Source of the DNA: Leptolyngbyaceae cyanobacterium
GTDB lineage: Bacteria > Cyanobacteriota > Cyanobacteriia > Phormidesmidales > Phormidesmidaceae
Assembly: GCA_965263355.1 (NCBI GenBank)
Contig: CBDHHL010000056.1
Coordinates: 1,472,001 to 1,536,000, forward strand
Direction: 5' to 3'
Length of the DNA: 64,000 nt
Shown: positions 50,267 through 61,141 of the stretch, in pieces
How positions within the stretch are numbered: position 1 is the stretch's first letter
Layout: every line of letters begins with the position of its first letter
The notes under the pieces: model-generated
Seen by the model: the letters and a program-made list of their open reading frames with translations, nothing else
Told to the model about the DNA's origin: nothing
Databases searched by the model: none
Position numbers and translations under genes: made by a program

Positions 50267-52216
50267 ATGGTGGCTACACAACTCAAATCTCGCCAAGTTT
50301 TGGGGCTGAATCAACGTCGATATCAGGGACTCAAAACCGCACTCCAACTCAACCTCAGACGGCAGCTTTTGATTGCTGTCTGCGATAGTGAAACGCTGCA
50401 AACACAACTGGTTGCGAGGCTACAAGGGGATTTGGCAGTTGCGGATATTACCTCAGACGATTTTGGTTCGGTATCACTGGCGCAGCTAACGTTTGATCCT
50501 CATCAGCCTGATTTGATGTTGCAGCTAGTCCAGTGGCTTAAGCAAGCGCCCAAGCCCACACCCCATTTACAAGTGGTGGGTTTAGACGCGATGACCCATC
50601 AGTCAATGCGATCGCAAAATCATTTTCTGCGTTCCCTCGAAAGCATTCAGTCCTTGCTGCCCCATCTCGATAGTAGTTTGGTTTTGTGGCTACCATGGCC
50701 CTGGTATCGTACATTGCAACAATCGGCTCCTGAATTTTGGAGCTGGCGGAGTGGTGTTTTCACCTTTGTGGGTGAGCCTGTCCCCATGGTTGCAGATACG
50801 GCAGTTAAACGTCCAACCGAGGATGGCCTTTATGGGGGGGATGCTGCTAATGCTCAGAATGCTGATATCTGGCAAATTCTGAGTGAGGACCTGGCTCAGC
50901 TAGAGAAAGCCCCTAATCCAGCTGATGAGGTTGTCGCCCAAACTGAGCGATACCAGCAGACAACAGCTCAACCCCAGTCTTTACCGCAATCTTTGACTGT
51001 GGATGTGACTACCTTAGAAAAGCCTCTAGAAACCTTAGCTCAGCTTGAAGAACAGGGAGCTACACCGGAGGAGATCATCCAGGCTTATCGGGCGTTGGGT
51101 AACTATTATCGCGATCGCATTGAAGCGGGGGAAATGACCCCCATCTTATTGGCCACCGCCATTGAAACCTTTAATCGCTATCTACACTGGTTGCCCCAGG
51201 ATGATGACCAGCGAGCGGCCGGTTTAAATGATTTAGGTACCTTGCATTGGCTTCAGGCCCAGTACCAAAGTGAGCGTACGGCCCTGCTGGAGGGAATGCA
51301 CCGGAGTACTGAAATATATAAAGAAGGTCTCCGATGTACCGCCATTGATACTGATACCGCTAGCCGTTTATACGGTAATTTGGGAGCCGTATACAGTGCT
51401 TTAGCAAATTACGACGACTCAGCCACCTATCTCAAAGAAGCGGTCACAGCCTATCGTCAAGCCTTACCATTTTGCTCAGCAACAATCAGTCCTGAGGAAT
51501 ACGGTACATTGCAAAACAGCCTGGGCTCAGTGTACTGGAAACTAGCCTATTATGAGCAGCCCAAACCCCACTTACATCAGGCGATTGCTGCCTATAATGA
51601 GGCCTTGCGCTGTCATCATCCAGAAACGTCTCCATTAGAATATGCAGCGGTACAAAATAATCTAGGCATTGCCTATTGGAGCCTGTCACACCAGGAGCGG
51701 CCTATCTTTTTGCTGAAACATGCCATTGCGGCCTATCGCGATGCTCTAAATTATCGTACGCCTACCACCGATGCCTGTGCCTGTGCCAGTACTTACAACA
51801 ATTTAGGGACAGCCTTTTGGGAGTTAGCAAACCATCCCGATGCTCCTGCCGATCCGACCGGTCGATATAAACAAAATGCAATTATTGCCTATGAGGCTGC
51901 CCTCAAAGCGTCTGAGCTAGCACCATCCACTTTAGACCTGGCTTCGATTCGTCATTGTTTAGGTAGTATTTATGACAAACTGGCTCGGGCGACGGATAAC
52001 AAGGACGTGATTATCGGCAATCTGGAGCGAGCACTCGTCCATTACATCGCAGCGCTTAAACAGACTCCTCAAACAGCGGCGATCTATGAGCCTATTTTTA
52101 AGTCTCTAGTGCAAAATGTATCGGCCCATTACGAGCTATTAGGATTAGAAGGGCAACAAACAGCCCTCAATCGCATACCGGCTGAGCTTTTACCCGATGT
52201 CATGTTGAAGGTATAG
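50267..52216 (+). CDS. Tetratricopeptide-repeat protein
   Basis: Repeated NNLG.AYW / AIAAY..AL units; N-terminal APEFWSWRSGVF segment. Confidence 0.85.
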   Translation: MVATQLKSRQVLGLNQRRYQGLKTALQLNLRRQLLIAVCDSETLQTQLVARLQGDLAVADITSDDFGSVSLAQLTFDPHQPDLMLQLVQWLKQAPKPTPHLQVVGLDAMTHQSMRSQNHFLRSLESIQSLLPHLDSSLVLWLPWPWYRTLQQSAPEFWSWRSGVFTFVGEPVPMVADTAVKRPTEDGLYGGDAANAQNADIWQILSEDLAQLEKAPNPADEVVAQTERYQQTTAQPQSLPQSLTVDVTTLEKPLETLAQLEEQGATPEEIIQAYRALGNYYRDRIEAGEMTPILLATAIETFNRYLHWLPQDDDQRAAGLNDLGTLHWLQAQYQSERTALLEGMHRSTEIYKEGLRCTAIDTDTASRLYGNLGAVYSALANYDDSATYLKEAVTAYRQALPFCSATISPEEYGTLQNSLGSVYWKLAYYEQPKPHLHQAIAAYNEALRCHHPETSPLEYAAVQNNLGIAYWSLSHQERPIFLLKHAIAAYRDALNYRTPTTDACACASTYNNLGTAFWELANHPDAPADPTGRYKQNAIIAYEAALKASELAPSTLDLASIRHCLGSIYDKLARATDNKDVIIGNLERALVHYIAALKQTPQTAAIYEPIFKSLVQNVSAHYELLGLEGQQTALNRIPAELLPDVMLKV

Positions 52217-52238
52217 GACAATAGATAACGGGACGCCC

Positions 52239-52267
52239 TGTAGGGGTGTTGCATACCAACCCCTACA
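52239..52267. repeat. GTAG-type REP palindrome
   Basis: TGTAGGGG-TGTTGCATACCAA-CCCCTACA between convergent genes. Confidence 0.6.
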
Positions 52268-52289
52268 AGAGGATTGGGCAGTTCAAGGT

Positions 52290-52715
52290 TTAATTTTTGG
52301 TGCCGACCAATTCTGGTACATTTTTGGCCAATATAGTCTTTAGCTCCAGGCTGAGGTCGTTATCGCTACGATGGGCCTCCCACGGGCCGCTATGTTTTGA
52401 ATTAATTCGCCACTGACCATTGATATGGTTTCCATCTTCGGACACAGTGCCTGTGTACTGAATGGTATGACGAGGATGATCAAAATACTTTTTAGTGAAG
52501 CTAACGTTTCGTCCAGTGACTTGCCCTTGCACCTGTGCTTCGCCCAAAGGACCATCATCGACAATGCGGCCACTTAGACTATTGCGCGCTTGTACAAAGG
52601 TGGCTTCAAAACGAGTAGAGTCATTGGCTTGCCAGTATGAGCCTAGCCATGGACCAGTTAATTCAGCCATCGCCATATGTCCTCGTGAACGAAACTTATA
52701 TTGATTTTGCGCCAA
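52290..52715 (-). CDS. Conserved hypothetical beta-rich protein (start uncertain)
   Basis: G.WLG.YWQ, RFEATF, F.K.Y, YTGTVS, G.W motifs. Confidence 0.7.
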   Translation of the reverse strand: MAQNQYKFRSRGHMAMAELTGPWLGSYWQANDSTRFEATFVQARNSLSGRIVDDGPLGEAQVQGQVTGRNVSFTKKYFDHPRHTIQYTGTVSEDGNHINGQWRINSKHSGPWEAHRSDNDLSLELKTILAKNVPELVGTKN

Positions 52716-52847
52716 CTCGCTTGATTTGGCAGGGGCGATAATGATGGCATCTGGTGTCTGAAAATTGAAGAAATTCTCAATTTTGACTCATAAGCAAGGA
52801 TGTTCAGGTTCACTAAGCTTGGTTACCCTTGCTATCTGATTGCTGTT

Positions 52848-53696
52848 ATGGCGCTATTTCTTATTTTTGCTCTGGTGATTGCGTTTTTTGCGATCGCATT
52901 CGCCCTCCAAAACGATCAGCTGATTACCATCAACTTTTTTATTTGGCAACTAGAACAGCAGCATCTGGCCACGGTATTGCTGCTCACATCAGGTTTAGGT
53001 GTGCTGTTTGGTTTGCTAGTTACTATACCGGCCTTTCTCAAACGAGAATGGCGCATTTCCCGTAGCAAACGGCAAGCTCATAGCTTGGAAGACCAACTGC
53101 TAACCAAGCAACAAGAAGTGGACAGCCAAACCCGCAAAGCGGACACGATTCGCAACAGCTATCAAAACTTGCTTCAGTCCCTGGACCTGCTGGATCACAC
53201 TACAGGGTTGGTCAGCGATGCCGTGATTCCCCGGACCACCCGAGCCCTGCTTCAACAGATAAAAATGCATCCTGAAGAATTCCAGGCTGTAGGACTCCTG
53301 ATCATTCAACCCCAGTGGCAACAGTCTGACCCTGGTGATCTCAAAAAAGAACAAGCTCTATGGTCTGCTGTTTCCCAGGTATTACAGCAAAACCTAACCG
53401 TTGATTCCTGGTTATTTAGCAACAACCAGGGCCAGTTTACCTGTAGCCTCACAGGGTTAGATGTCAAAGCAGTCACACAATACGCAGAAACGATCAAATC
53501 ATCCCTGACCAACGAACCCATTAGTCTTCAAAACGGTCCCCGTATAGCTTTGGATGTACATATTGGTGGCGTTGTGACTGACACCGAGCATCCCACTGAA
53601 AGCGAACAGTTGCTAATCAAAAAAGCTGAAGAGGCCCTGGCTACTGCCGTAAAACGAGGTCGTAATCGAATAAGGGTGATGTGGGTGACGGACTAA
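52848..53696 (+). CDS. LapA-like membrane domain fused to a degenerate GGDEF domain
   Basis: FAIAFALQN....INF..W LapA motif; D.TTGL, NNQGQF at the GGDEF position, AEEAL..A.KRGRNRI end. Confidence 0.75.
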   Translation: MALFLIFALVIAFFAIAFALQNDQLITINFFIWQLEQQHLATVLLLTSGLGVLFGLLVTIPAFLKREWRISRSKRQAHSLEDQLLTKQQEVDSQTRKADTIRNSYQNLLQSLDLLDHTTGLVSDAVIPRTTRALLQQIKMHPEEFQAVGLLIIQPQWQQSDPGDLKKEQALWSAVSQVLQQNLTVDSWLFSNNQGQFTCSLTGLDVKAVTQYAETIKSSLTNEPISLQNGPRIALDVHIGGVVTDTEHPTESEQLLIKKAEEALATAVKRGRNRIRVMWVTD

Positions 53697-53931
53697 ATGT
53701 CATCGTTAGGTCATAAAATCTAAATTTATTTAAAGAATATTTTAAATTTTTTGCGCCTTTAAAATATTCACAATCCCTTGTTTTAGAGGCTTATGAGTAT
53801 TTTTACTCAATGATCGATTTGATGAGCTAAGCGTATTCCTTGACACAGAATCTTGAGCCCAGGGCCGTTGGTGCCTAAGATAAAACTAACGCCTGAGTTT
53901 AAGAAAGTCTAAAGAAGCAGGAGATACGTCC

Positions 53932-54885
53932 ATGGCAGAGCGCCCAATTATCCTTGGTATTGTTGGAGACAGTGCCGCTGGTAAGACCACCTTAACCCGC
54001 GGAATCGCCCAGGTACTCGGTGAGCATGATGTGACGACCATCTGCACCGATGACTACCATCGTTACGACCGTAAGCAGCGCAAAGAAATGGGTATATCCG
54101 CACTGCACCCCGATTGCAACTACGTTGACATTATTGAGCAACATCTGGAGCTATTGCGTCAGGGTGAGCCTATCCTGAAGCCCATTTACAACCACACCAC
54201 TGGTGAGTTTGATCCGCCAGAGTACATCGAGCCTAAGAAATTTGTTGTCGTTGAAGGTCTGCTAGGCTACTCCAGTCAACGGGCCCGCGATGCTTACGAC
54301 GTCAAGGTTTACTTGGCCCCCCCGGAGGATCTTCGTACCAAGTGGAAGATCAAGCGTGATACCCGCAAGCGTGGCTATACCGATGATCAGGTGATCGCCG
54401 CGCTTGCTGCCCGTGAGCCCGACTCCGAAGCCTTTATCCGTCCCCAGCGTAAGTGGGCTGATGTCGTCGTTACCTTCTATCCGCCTGACGCTCCCGAAGA
54501 GCAGGCTAACGATCTGCTCCTCAATGTAAATCTGGTTTTACGTCCTACTATCCCTCACCCTGATTTCACTGACATTTTAGACAGCGACCTGGGTAAAGCG
54601 ATCCGTCTAGGTCTTGAGCGTGATATGGGTAAACCCGTAGATGTTCTATCTATTGATGGTCATGCTACTCCTGAGCAGGTGCAACAACTTGAGCGTATCT
54701 TATGCAGTGACGTTCCTTATCTAGGGCAGTTTTGCAGTCTAGAGGGCAACCAGGAAGTCGGTAAGATTGTTGGCACCACTGGTGAAACTCTGCAGAGCTA
54801 TCCCCTAGCCATAACTCAGTTGCTGATCACATACCACATGCTGATGGCCATGGGGTCTGCTGGTAAGATGAAAGTAGCTGCTTAG
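53932..54885 (+). CDS. prk: Phosphoribulokinase-family kinase (non-canonical PRK paralog)
   Basis: GIVGDSAAGKTT, DDYH, KPIYNHTTG.FDPPE, WKIKRD..RGY, FIRPQR..AD. Confidence 0.8.
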   Translation: MAERPIILGIVGDSAAGKTTLTRGIAQVLGEHDVTTICTDDYHRYDRKQRKEMGISALHPDCNYVDIIEQHLELLRQGEPILKPIYNHTTGEFDPPEYIEPKKFVVVEGLLGYSSQRARDAYDVKVYLAPPEDLRTKWKIKRDTRKRGYTDDQVIAALAAREPDSEAFIRPQRKWADVVVTFYPPDAPEEQANDLLLNVNLVLRPTIPHPDFTDILDSDLGKAIRLGLERDMGKPVDVLSIDGHATPEQVQQLERILCSDVPYLGQFCSLEGNQEVGKIVGTTGETLQSYPLAITQLLITYHMLMAMGSAGKMKVAA

Positions 54886-54935
54886 GGCAATCGATCGCTA
54901 CAATCTTATTTACTTTAACTGGAAGATAGTTAAAT

Positions 54936-54975
54936 TAGTGCTCTCTGGATTTTTCTCTGGAGAGCACTGATTTTT
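54936..54975 (+). terminator. Terminator after prk
   Basis: AGTGCTCTC...GAGAGCACT-GATTTTT. Confidence 0.7.
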
Positions 54976-55058
54976 GTCGTAAATTTGCAGGCTTACAGAC
55001 AGACTTACAGATATTGGTGAAAGCGATATACTGCTTGGCATCTCCCAATAGCTGGACT

Positions 55059-56345
55059 ATGTTTGGTTTTTCTAAACTAGCGCCGATCCATACATTTCAG
55101 ACCTATGACCAGTGGCGTCATCGGTTTATGCAGCGGCGACTACGGTTAGGTATATTGTTTGGTCTTTTGTATTTTGTTACCTTTTTGCCACTAGACACCC
55201 TCAAGTATGTTGCAAATCGCAATCCATTTGATTTGTGGTGGATTATTACTAATCTGGTGCGCATAGCAACTTTGGTATTCTGTCTGAGGTTAATTCGGCA
55301 GCAAGTTTATCGGCCTCGGCGAATTATGGGTGTGTTTTTACTAGCGTCGTGGTCCATCAGTTTGTTACATAGATTTCATGAGACCTATGTGGGGCTGACG
55401 AGTAACACCCCAATTGCAGAACCCGATTTATTTAGTTGGGCGCTGTCGTTTATTACTCAGGCCACATTGATTCCGGTGGGGTGGTCATTGCATTTAATTT
55501 CCCAACTGGGGGTAATTGTTTATTACTTTGTGGTGAATCCATTGTTGGGACTACAGGTAGTTACACCTGGGTTACCTGCAGCCAGTCTATTGCTAAACAC
55601 ATTTTGGATTTGCTGTATTTGTAATTGTTCGGTTTATTTCTACGAGAAACTGTCGCGGGAGAACTTTGAGGCTAATCAACAACTGTTGGAAGCTCAAGAA
55701 AAGTCAGAACGGCTGTTGCTCAACATTTTGCCCCGTCCCATTGCGGAACAGTTAAAGCAAAATCCTGATATTATTGCCGAGAATTTTGCAGAAGTAACAG
55801 TGTTGTTTGCTGATATTGTTAACTTTACCCAGATGACAGAGTCTCAGTCGGCGACTCATGTTGTTGATTTTCTAAATCAGGTATTCTCTCGATTTGATCG
55901 ACTAGCGGAAAACTATGGGTTAGAGAAAATCAAAACCATTGGTGATGCCTATATGGTAGCGGCGGGGTTGCCGCAGCCCCAGGAAAACCATGTGGCAGCG
56001 GTGGCAGCAATGGCTGTGGATATGCAGAAAACCCTGGCAGAGTTTAATGTCCAGACAGGCCAGGATATTTCTCTACGAATTGGGATTCATACGGGTCCGG
56101 TGGTAGCTGGAGTCATTGGGTTGAAAAAGTTTGCCTATGACCTCTGGGGGGATACAGTGAATACGGCCAGTCGCATGGAGTCCCATGGGGTACCCAATGG
56201 AATTCAAATTAGTGAGGCGACCTATGAGCGTTTAAAGGCCAGTGGCGAGCACTATGAGTTTCGATCGCGAGGGCCAATTGTAATTAAGGGAAAAGGGGCG
56301 ATGGTGACCTATTTGATGGCACCCTGCGGGGTGGATGCAGAATAA
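55059..56345 (+). CDS. Membrane-bound class III adenylate/guanylate cyclase
   Basis: About 6 TM; SERLLLNILP, LFADIVNFT, EKIKTIGDAYM, YDLWGDTVNTASRMES (K/D residues typical of ATP specificity). Confidence 0.92.
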   Translation: MFGFSKLAPIHTFQTYDQWRHRFMQRRLRLGILFGLLYFVTFLPLDTLKYVANRNPFDLWWIITNLVRIATLVFCLRLIRQQVYRPRRIMGVFLLASWSISLLHRFHETYVGLTSNTPIAEPDLFSWALSFITQATLIPVGWSLHLISQLGVIVYYFVVNPLLGLQVVTPGLPAASLLLNTFWICCICNCSVYFYEKLSRENFEANQQLLEAQEKSERLLLNILPRPIAEQLKQNPDIIAENFAEVTVLFADIVNFTQMTESQSATHVVDFLNQVFSRFDRLAENYGLEKIKTIGDAYMVAAGLPQPQENHVAAVAAMAVDMQKTLAEFNVQTGQDISLRIGIHTGPVVAGVIGLKKFAYDLWGDTVNTASRMESHGVPNGIQISEATYERLKASGEHYEFRSRGPIVIKGKGAMVTYLMAPCGVDAE

Positions 56346-56435
56346 ATTGATCGCAATCTTAGAGTTTAGCCGCCAATTCGCCTCCGACTATAATTCGTAA
56401 TAATTAGGGTCTGTTATGAATCGGATTTCTAGATT

Positions 56436-58049
56436 ATGGCACCGTTGTTGACGGATCGTTTTTTTAATACGGCTGGCCCCGTGCGGGCCGACTGGCACTA
56501 TTTGATCGATCCGTTGACCCGCTGGGATATGGATGAGATTCTGCAGCTGATTGCCCAGGGGAAATATTTTGTTCTGCATGCACCTCGGCAAACGGGAAAA
56601 ACCTCTTGTTTGCTGGCCCTGATGGAGTATCTCAATGCTGAGGGTCGCTATCAGACTGTCTATGCCAATATCGAGACGGCCCAGACGGCCAGGAATGATG
56701 TGTTTCGTGGTATGGACACCATTGTTCACACCCTCGCATCGGCAGCTCAGCTCTATCAGCAAGATCGTCGATTATACGAGTGGCGGCAGGGGTTACTGCG
56801 GCAGTCAGTACCCGCTGATGATTTACTGCGGAGCCTGTTATCTCAGTGGACAACCCAAACAGACCAACCGATTGTTCTCTTTTTAGATGAAGTCGATGCC
56901 TTAGTAGGAGACACGCTGGTTTCACTATTGCGTCAGTTGCGCTCAGGCTACAACCAGCGACCTCATGCGTTTCCGCTGTCAATTATTCTCTGTGGGGTGC
57001 GAGATGTTAGAGACTATCGCATTCAGACTTCAGGCCAGGACATTATTACTGGCGGCAGTGCGTTTAATGTTAAGGCAGAGTCTCTACGATTAGGGCATTT
57101 TATTGAATCCGAGTTACAAGCATTGCTGCACCAGCATACGGACCTGACAGGGCAGAAATTTACACCAGAAGCACTGGCCTATATCTGGCAGCAGACCCAG
57201 GGACAACCCTGGTTGGTGAATGCCCTGGCCTATCAGGTGTGCTTTAAGTTAAAGGAAGGGCGCGATCGCACCCAGCCCATTACCCTGGAACGCATGAAAA
57301 CCGCCCGAGAAAGCCTGATTCAACGACGCGATACCCACCTGGACCAGCTTACCGACAAGCTAAAAGAGCCCCGCGTTCATCGAGTCATTGCTCAGATACT
57401 GGCGGGGGAAGTCCAAGTGGATGAGTTTTCCATAGACGATGCCCAATATATTGAAGATTTAGGGCTAATTTGTCGTCATCCTACCTGGCAGATCGCTAAT
57501 CCTATTTACCAGGAAGTGATTCCTCGGGCGCTAACCTGGACTAGCCAATACACCATTCAACAGGAGCCCGATTGGTATATCCAAGCCGACAAACGGTTAG
57601 ATATGTCCAAACTGTTGCGAGCCTTTCAACAGTTCTTTCGCGAAAATAGTGACGCCTGGATTGAACGGTTTGACTATAAGGAAGCAGGTCCTCAACTGTT
57701 GTTACAGGCATTTTTACAACGAATCCTCAACGGTGGGGGCAGACTCACACGAGAATATGGTCTGGGACGTAAACGTACCGATTTGTTAATTGAGTGGCCA
57801 TTGAACCAGGCGCAAGAGTTTCTGGGGTCAGTACAGCGTATTGTGCTGGAGCTAAAGATTTTGCATCGATCCCTAGAGGCTACATTGGCCAGTGGTTTAC
57901 CTCAAACTGTTGACTATGCAGATATGTCTGGAGCAGAAGAAGCTCATTTAATCTGTTTTAATCGAGATCCTCAGGTGAGCTGGGACGATAAAATTTTTGA
58001 ACAGCTCGAATCCTATCAAGGACGAACCATCTATATTTGGGGGATGTGA
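56436..58049 (+). CDS. AAA-type ATPase with C-terminal PD-(D/E)XK nuclease-like domain
   Basis: Walker A APRQTGKT, Walker B LFLDEVD; C-terminal REY.LG..RTDL...VLELK, Q..DY. Confidence 0.85.
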   Translation: MAPLLTDRFFNTAGPVRADWHYLIDPLTRWDMDEILQLIAQGKYFVLHAPRQTGKTSCLLALMEYLNAEGRYQTVYANIETAQTARNDVFRGMDTIVHTLASAAQLYQQDRRLYEWRQGLLRQSVPADDLLRSLLSQWTTQTDQPIVLFLDEVDALVGDTLVSLLRQLRSGYNQRPHAFPLSIILCGVRDVRDYRIQTSGQDIITGGSAFNVKAESLRLGHFIESELQALLHQHTDLTGQKFTPEALAYIWQQTQGQPWLVNALAYQVCFKLKEGRDRTQPITLERMKTARESLIQRRDTHLDQLTDKLKEPRVHRVIAQILAGEVQVDEFSIDDAQYIEDLGLICRHPTWQIANPIYQEVIPRALTWTSQYTIQQEPDWYIQADKRLDMSKLLRAFQQFFRENSDAWIERFDYKEAGPQLLLQAFLQRILNGGGRLTREYGLGRKRTDLLIEWPLNQAQEFLGSVQRIVLELKILHRSLEATLASGLPQTVDYADMSGAEEAHLICFNRDPQVSWDDKIFEQLESYQGRTIYIWGM

Positions 58050-58130
58050 TAACACATTATTCTATTTGCTAAACTTTAAGTGCTATTCGCGACTACTGCG
58101 ATATCTCATTGTTTCTACTGGTATTGACCT

Positions 58131-58910
58131 ATGGGCGCTACGATTGGATTTTTGATGCTTGCCCTAAGCATTCTGGTTTCAACGGGCGTAAAAATTGACC
58201 GTGAATATCAGCGAGGCGTGATCTTTCGGTTGGGTCGCCTGAAACAGACTAAAGGACCTGGCCTTTATTGGATTATTCCCCTCTTAGATCAAAAGGTGCG
58301 GGTTGATGTCCGCACTAAGACCGTTGATATTATGTCCCAGGAGACCGTGACAGCGGATAGTGTCACGATCAAGGTAAATGCTGTTCTTTACTATCGCATT
58401 CTTGAACCGAAAAAAGCGATCAACCAGGTAGAAGACTATAAGGTTGCCGTGTATCAAACGGCCCTGACCACCCTCCGCAACGTCGTAGGCCAAAACAAAT
58501 TGGACGATGTTTTGCAAAATCGGGATAAGGTCAACTTTCGAGTCCAGGAAATCGTGGATGAGATTACTGAGCCCTGGGGCATTGTAGTAGAGCGAGTTGA
58601 AATGAAGGATGTAGAGATTCCCGTCAGTATGCAACGGGCCATGGCCAAGGAGGCGGAAGCCTTGCGTGAAAAACGAGCCCGCCTGATCAAAGCCTCGGCT
58701 GAGCAAGAAGCTTCGATTAAATTAGCGGAAGCCTCTAAAGAAATTTTAGAAAATCCAGCTGCCTTGGAACTGAGACGTTTACAAATGCTAACTGAAGTGG
58801 GCGCTGAAAATAATACGACCACCATTATGATGATGCCCTCAGACTTTATGCTGCTTGCCAAAAACTGGTCACAGGCAATTCAACGGGCTGATCAAAATAA
58901 GATTGACTGA
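58131..58910 (+). CDS. SPFH/stomatin (slipin) family protein
   Basis: RGVIFRLGR, GPGL, QTALTTLRNVVG, WGI.VERVE.KDV, MQRAMA.EAEA.RE. Confidence 0.93.
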   Translation: MGATIGFLMLALSILVSTGVKIDREYQRGVIFRLGRLKQTKGPGLYWIIPLLDQKVRVDVRTKTVDIMSQETVTADSVTIKVNAVLYYRILEPKKAINQVEDYKVAVYQTALTTLRNVVGQNKLDDVLQNRDKVNFRVQEIVDEITEPWGIVVERVEMKDVEIPVSMQRAMAKEAEALREKRARLIKASAEQEASIKLAEASKEILENPAALELRRLQMLTEVGAENNTTTIMMMPSDFMLLAKNWSQAIQRADQNKID

Positions 58911-59095
58911 CTGCAAAACACGTCCAAGTTGAAACTTAGTAGTTTCCTCTAAGTCAAAACGACTGTTCTAGACGTAGACAAGGTTTAAATAAACTTATGC
59001 GATCGCAAATTTATTTTTTAGCCATTGCAGCATAATTTGTCTCTGGCTCTAATCTGTAACAATTAGGTTCGTTATGGATTGCGAAGGAACTAATC

Positions 59096-60781
59096 ATGGC
59101 TGATAACCGTAAAAGCCGCGTCGTTACCGAAGGAGTACAGCGCTCCCCCAACCGTGCCATGCTACGGGCGGTAGGCTTTGGAGATGATGATTTTAATAAG
59201 CCCATCGTTGGCCTGGCCAATGGCTATAGCACCATTACCCCTTGCAATATGGGGATTAACACCCTAGCGCTGCGGGGTGAGGCGGCTTTGCGGGATGCCG
59301 GAGCGATGCCGCAAATGTTTGGCACTATTACTATCAGCGATGGGATTTCCATGGGTACGGAGGGGATGAAGTATTCCTTGGTATCCCGTGATGTAATTGC
59401 TGACTCTATCGAAACGGCCTGCACTGGCCAGAGTATGGATGGGGTGCTGGCAATAGGCGGTTGCGATAAGAATATGCCGGGGGCGGTGATTGCGATCGCA
59501 CGCATGAACATCCCCGCCGTTTTTGTCTATGGCGGCACCATTAAACCCGGTCATCTCGATGGCGAAGACCTCACTGTTGTCAGTGCGTTCGAGGCCGTGG
59601 GTCAGTACAGCGCTGGCAAAATCGATGAAGAACGCTTGATGGCTGTCGAGAAAAACGCCTGCCCCGGAGCCGGCTCCTGCGGCGGTATGTTTACAGCAAA
59701 TACCATGTCCTCAGCTATCGAAGCCATGGGGCTGAGCCTGCCCTATTCCTCCACCATGGCAGCAGAAGATGCGGAAAAAGCAGACAGTACAGAGAAGTCG
59801 GCCTTTGTACTGGTAGATGCTATCCACAATCAGATTCTACCTAGCCAGATCCTCACTCGCAAAGCCTTTGAAAACGCTATCTCTGTAATTATGGCGGTGG
59901 GGGGCTCCACCAACTCGGTGCTGCATCTATTGGCCATCGCCCATACCATCGGTGTGGAGCTAACCATCGATGATTTTGAAGCCATTCGTAATCGGGTTCC
60001 TGTTTTCTGTGACCTAAAACCATCGGGACGCTATGTGGCGACTGACCTGCACAAGGCGGGCGGCATTCCTCTAGTGATGAAAATGTTGTTAAAGCAAGGA
60101 TTACTCCATGGCGATGCTCTAACTGTTAGTGGTCAAACCATCGAAGAAGTATTGGTGGATGTGCCAGATACTCCCAATCCTGACCAGGATGTGATTCGTC
60201 CCTTTGATCAGCCCCTCTATGAACAAGGACACTTGGGTATTCTTAAGGGTAATCTCGCTACTGAAGGGGCTGTTGCCAAACTGACTGGCATCAAAAAGCG
60301 TAACATCACTGGCCCTGCCAGGGTTTTTGAGTCTGAGGAAGATTGTCTTGATGCAATCTTGGCGGGCAAGATTAAGGCGGGTGATGTGATTGTTGTTCGC
60401 TATGAAGGTCCAAAGGGTGGTCCAGGGATGCGAGAGATGCTAGCTCCTACATCGGCGATTATTGGAGCTGGTTTAGGAGACTCGGTGGGTTTGATTACTG
60501 ACGGGCGTTTTTCTGGCGGCACCTACGGTATGGTAGTGGGTCATGTGGCTCCTGAAGCTTATGTGGGTGGCACCATTGGCCTGGTGGGAGAAGGCGACTC
60601 GATTACGATTGATGCGGATCAGTTGTTGTTGCAGTTGAATGTGTCGGATGATGAGTTGGCGAAGCGGAGAGAGAGTTGGACTGCGCCGGAACCTCGGTAT
60701 AAGCGTGGAGTGTTGGCGAAGTATGCAACGTTGGTATCGTCAAGTAGTCAGGGAGCAGTAACTGATAAAGATCTGTTCTAG
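59096..60781 (+). CDS. ilvD: Dihydroxy-acid dehydratase
   Basis: [42 protein letters not shown]. Confidence 0.97.
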   Translation: MADNRKSRVVTEGVQRSPNRAMLRAVGFGDDDFNKPIVGLANGYSTITPCNMGINTLALRGEAALRDAGAMPQMFGTITISDGISMGTEGMKYSLVSRDVIADSIETACTGQSMDGVLAIGGCDKNMPGAVIAIARMNIPAVFVYGGTIKPGHLDGEDLTVVSAFEAVGQYSAGKIDEERLMAVEKNACPGAGSCGGMFTANTMSSAIEAMGLSLPYSSTMAAEDAEKADSTEKSAFVLVDAIHNQILPSQILTRKAFENAISVIMAVGGSTNSVLHLLAIAHTIGVELTIDDFEAIRNRVPVFCDLKPSGRYVATDLHKAGGIPLVMKMLLKQGLLHGDALTVSGQTIEEVLVDVPDTPNPDQDVIRPFDQPLYEQGHLGILKGNLATEGAVAKLTGIKKRNITGPARVFESEEDCLDAILAGKIKAGDVIVVRYEGPKGGPGMREMLAPTSAIIGAGLGDSVGLITDGRFSGGTYGMVVGHVAPEAYVGGTIGLVGEGDSITIDADQLLLQLNVSDDELAKRRESWTAPEPRYKRGVLAKYATLVSSSSQGAVTDKDLF

Positions 60782-60940
60782 GCTCAAAAGCCTGGTTCGA
60801 AACCTTAATAAGGGTATTTGTGATAGCATCCCTAATCTGCTCAATTTTTATTGATTAATTAGAGATGCTATCTACGTATGGACAAACATATGTATCGTTC
60901 AACCTTGCTATTCCCAGATCAGTAAACTGAACTTTAAAGA

Positions 60941-61141
60941 ATGTCAGACCTAACACCTATCGAAAAAATAAAGTTAGAGAAGTTGCTCGATATGGGCAGT
61001 GGCTACGTGCTCAGTTTTACAAATGCGACCTTTCAGGAATTTATCTTAGATACGCTCCAAATCGATATATATGATGAGAAGTATGACGATCGAAGTGGTT
61101 CCAAGGCAAATAGATTAAATAGTTGCCTTCGCTGGATTTAG
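60941..61141 (+). pseudogene. Truncated N-terminal domain of abortive-infection / restriction-like protein
   Basis: LEKLL.M.SGYVL.F.N.TF.EF...DIY.EKY...GSKANRL, then an unrelated 7-aa end. Confidence 0.55.

Noticed and set aside
55059..58910. Cyclase + ATPase-nuclease + SPFH as a Pycsar/CBASS-like operon
   Set aside because: The cyclase is an ordinary membrane class III enzyme, there is no cyclic-nucleotide-binding effector, and the genes are spaced 80-90 bp apart with no sign of coupling.
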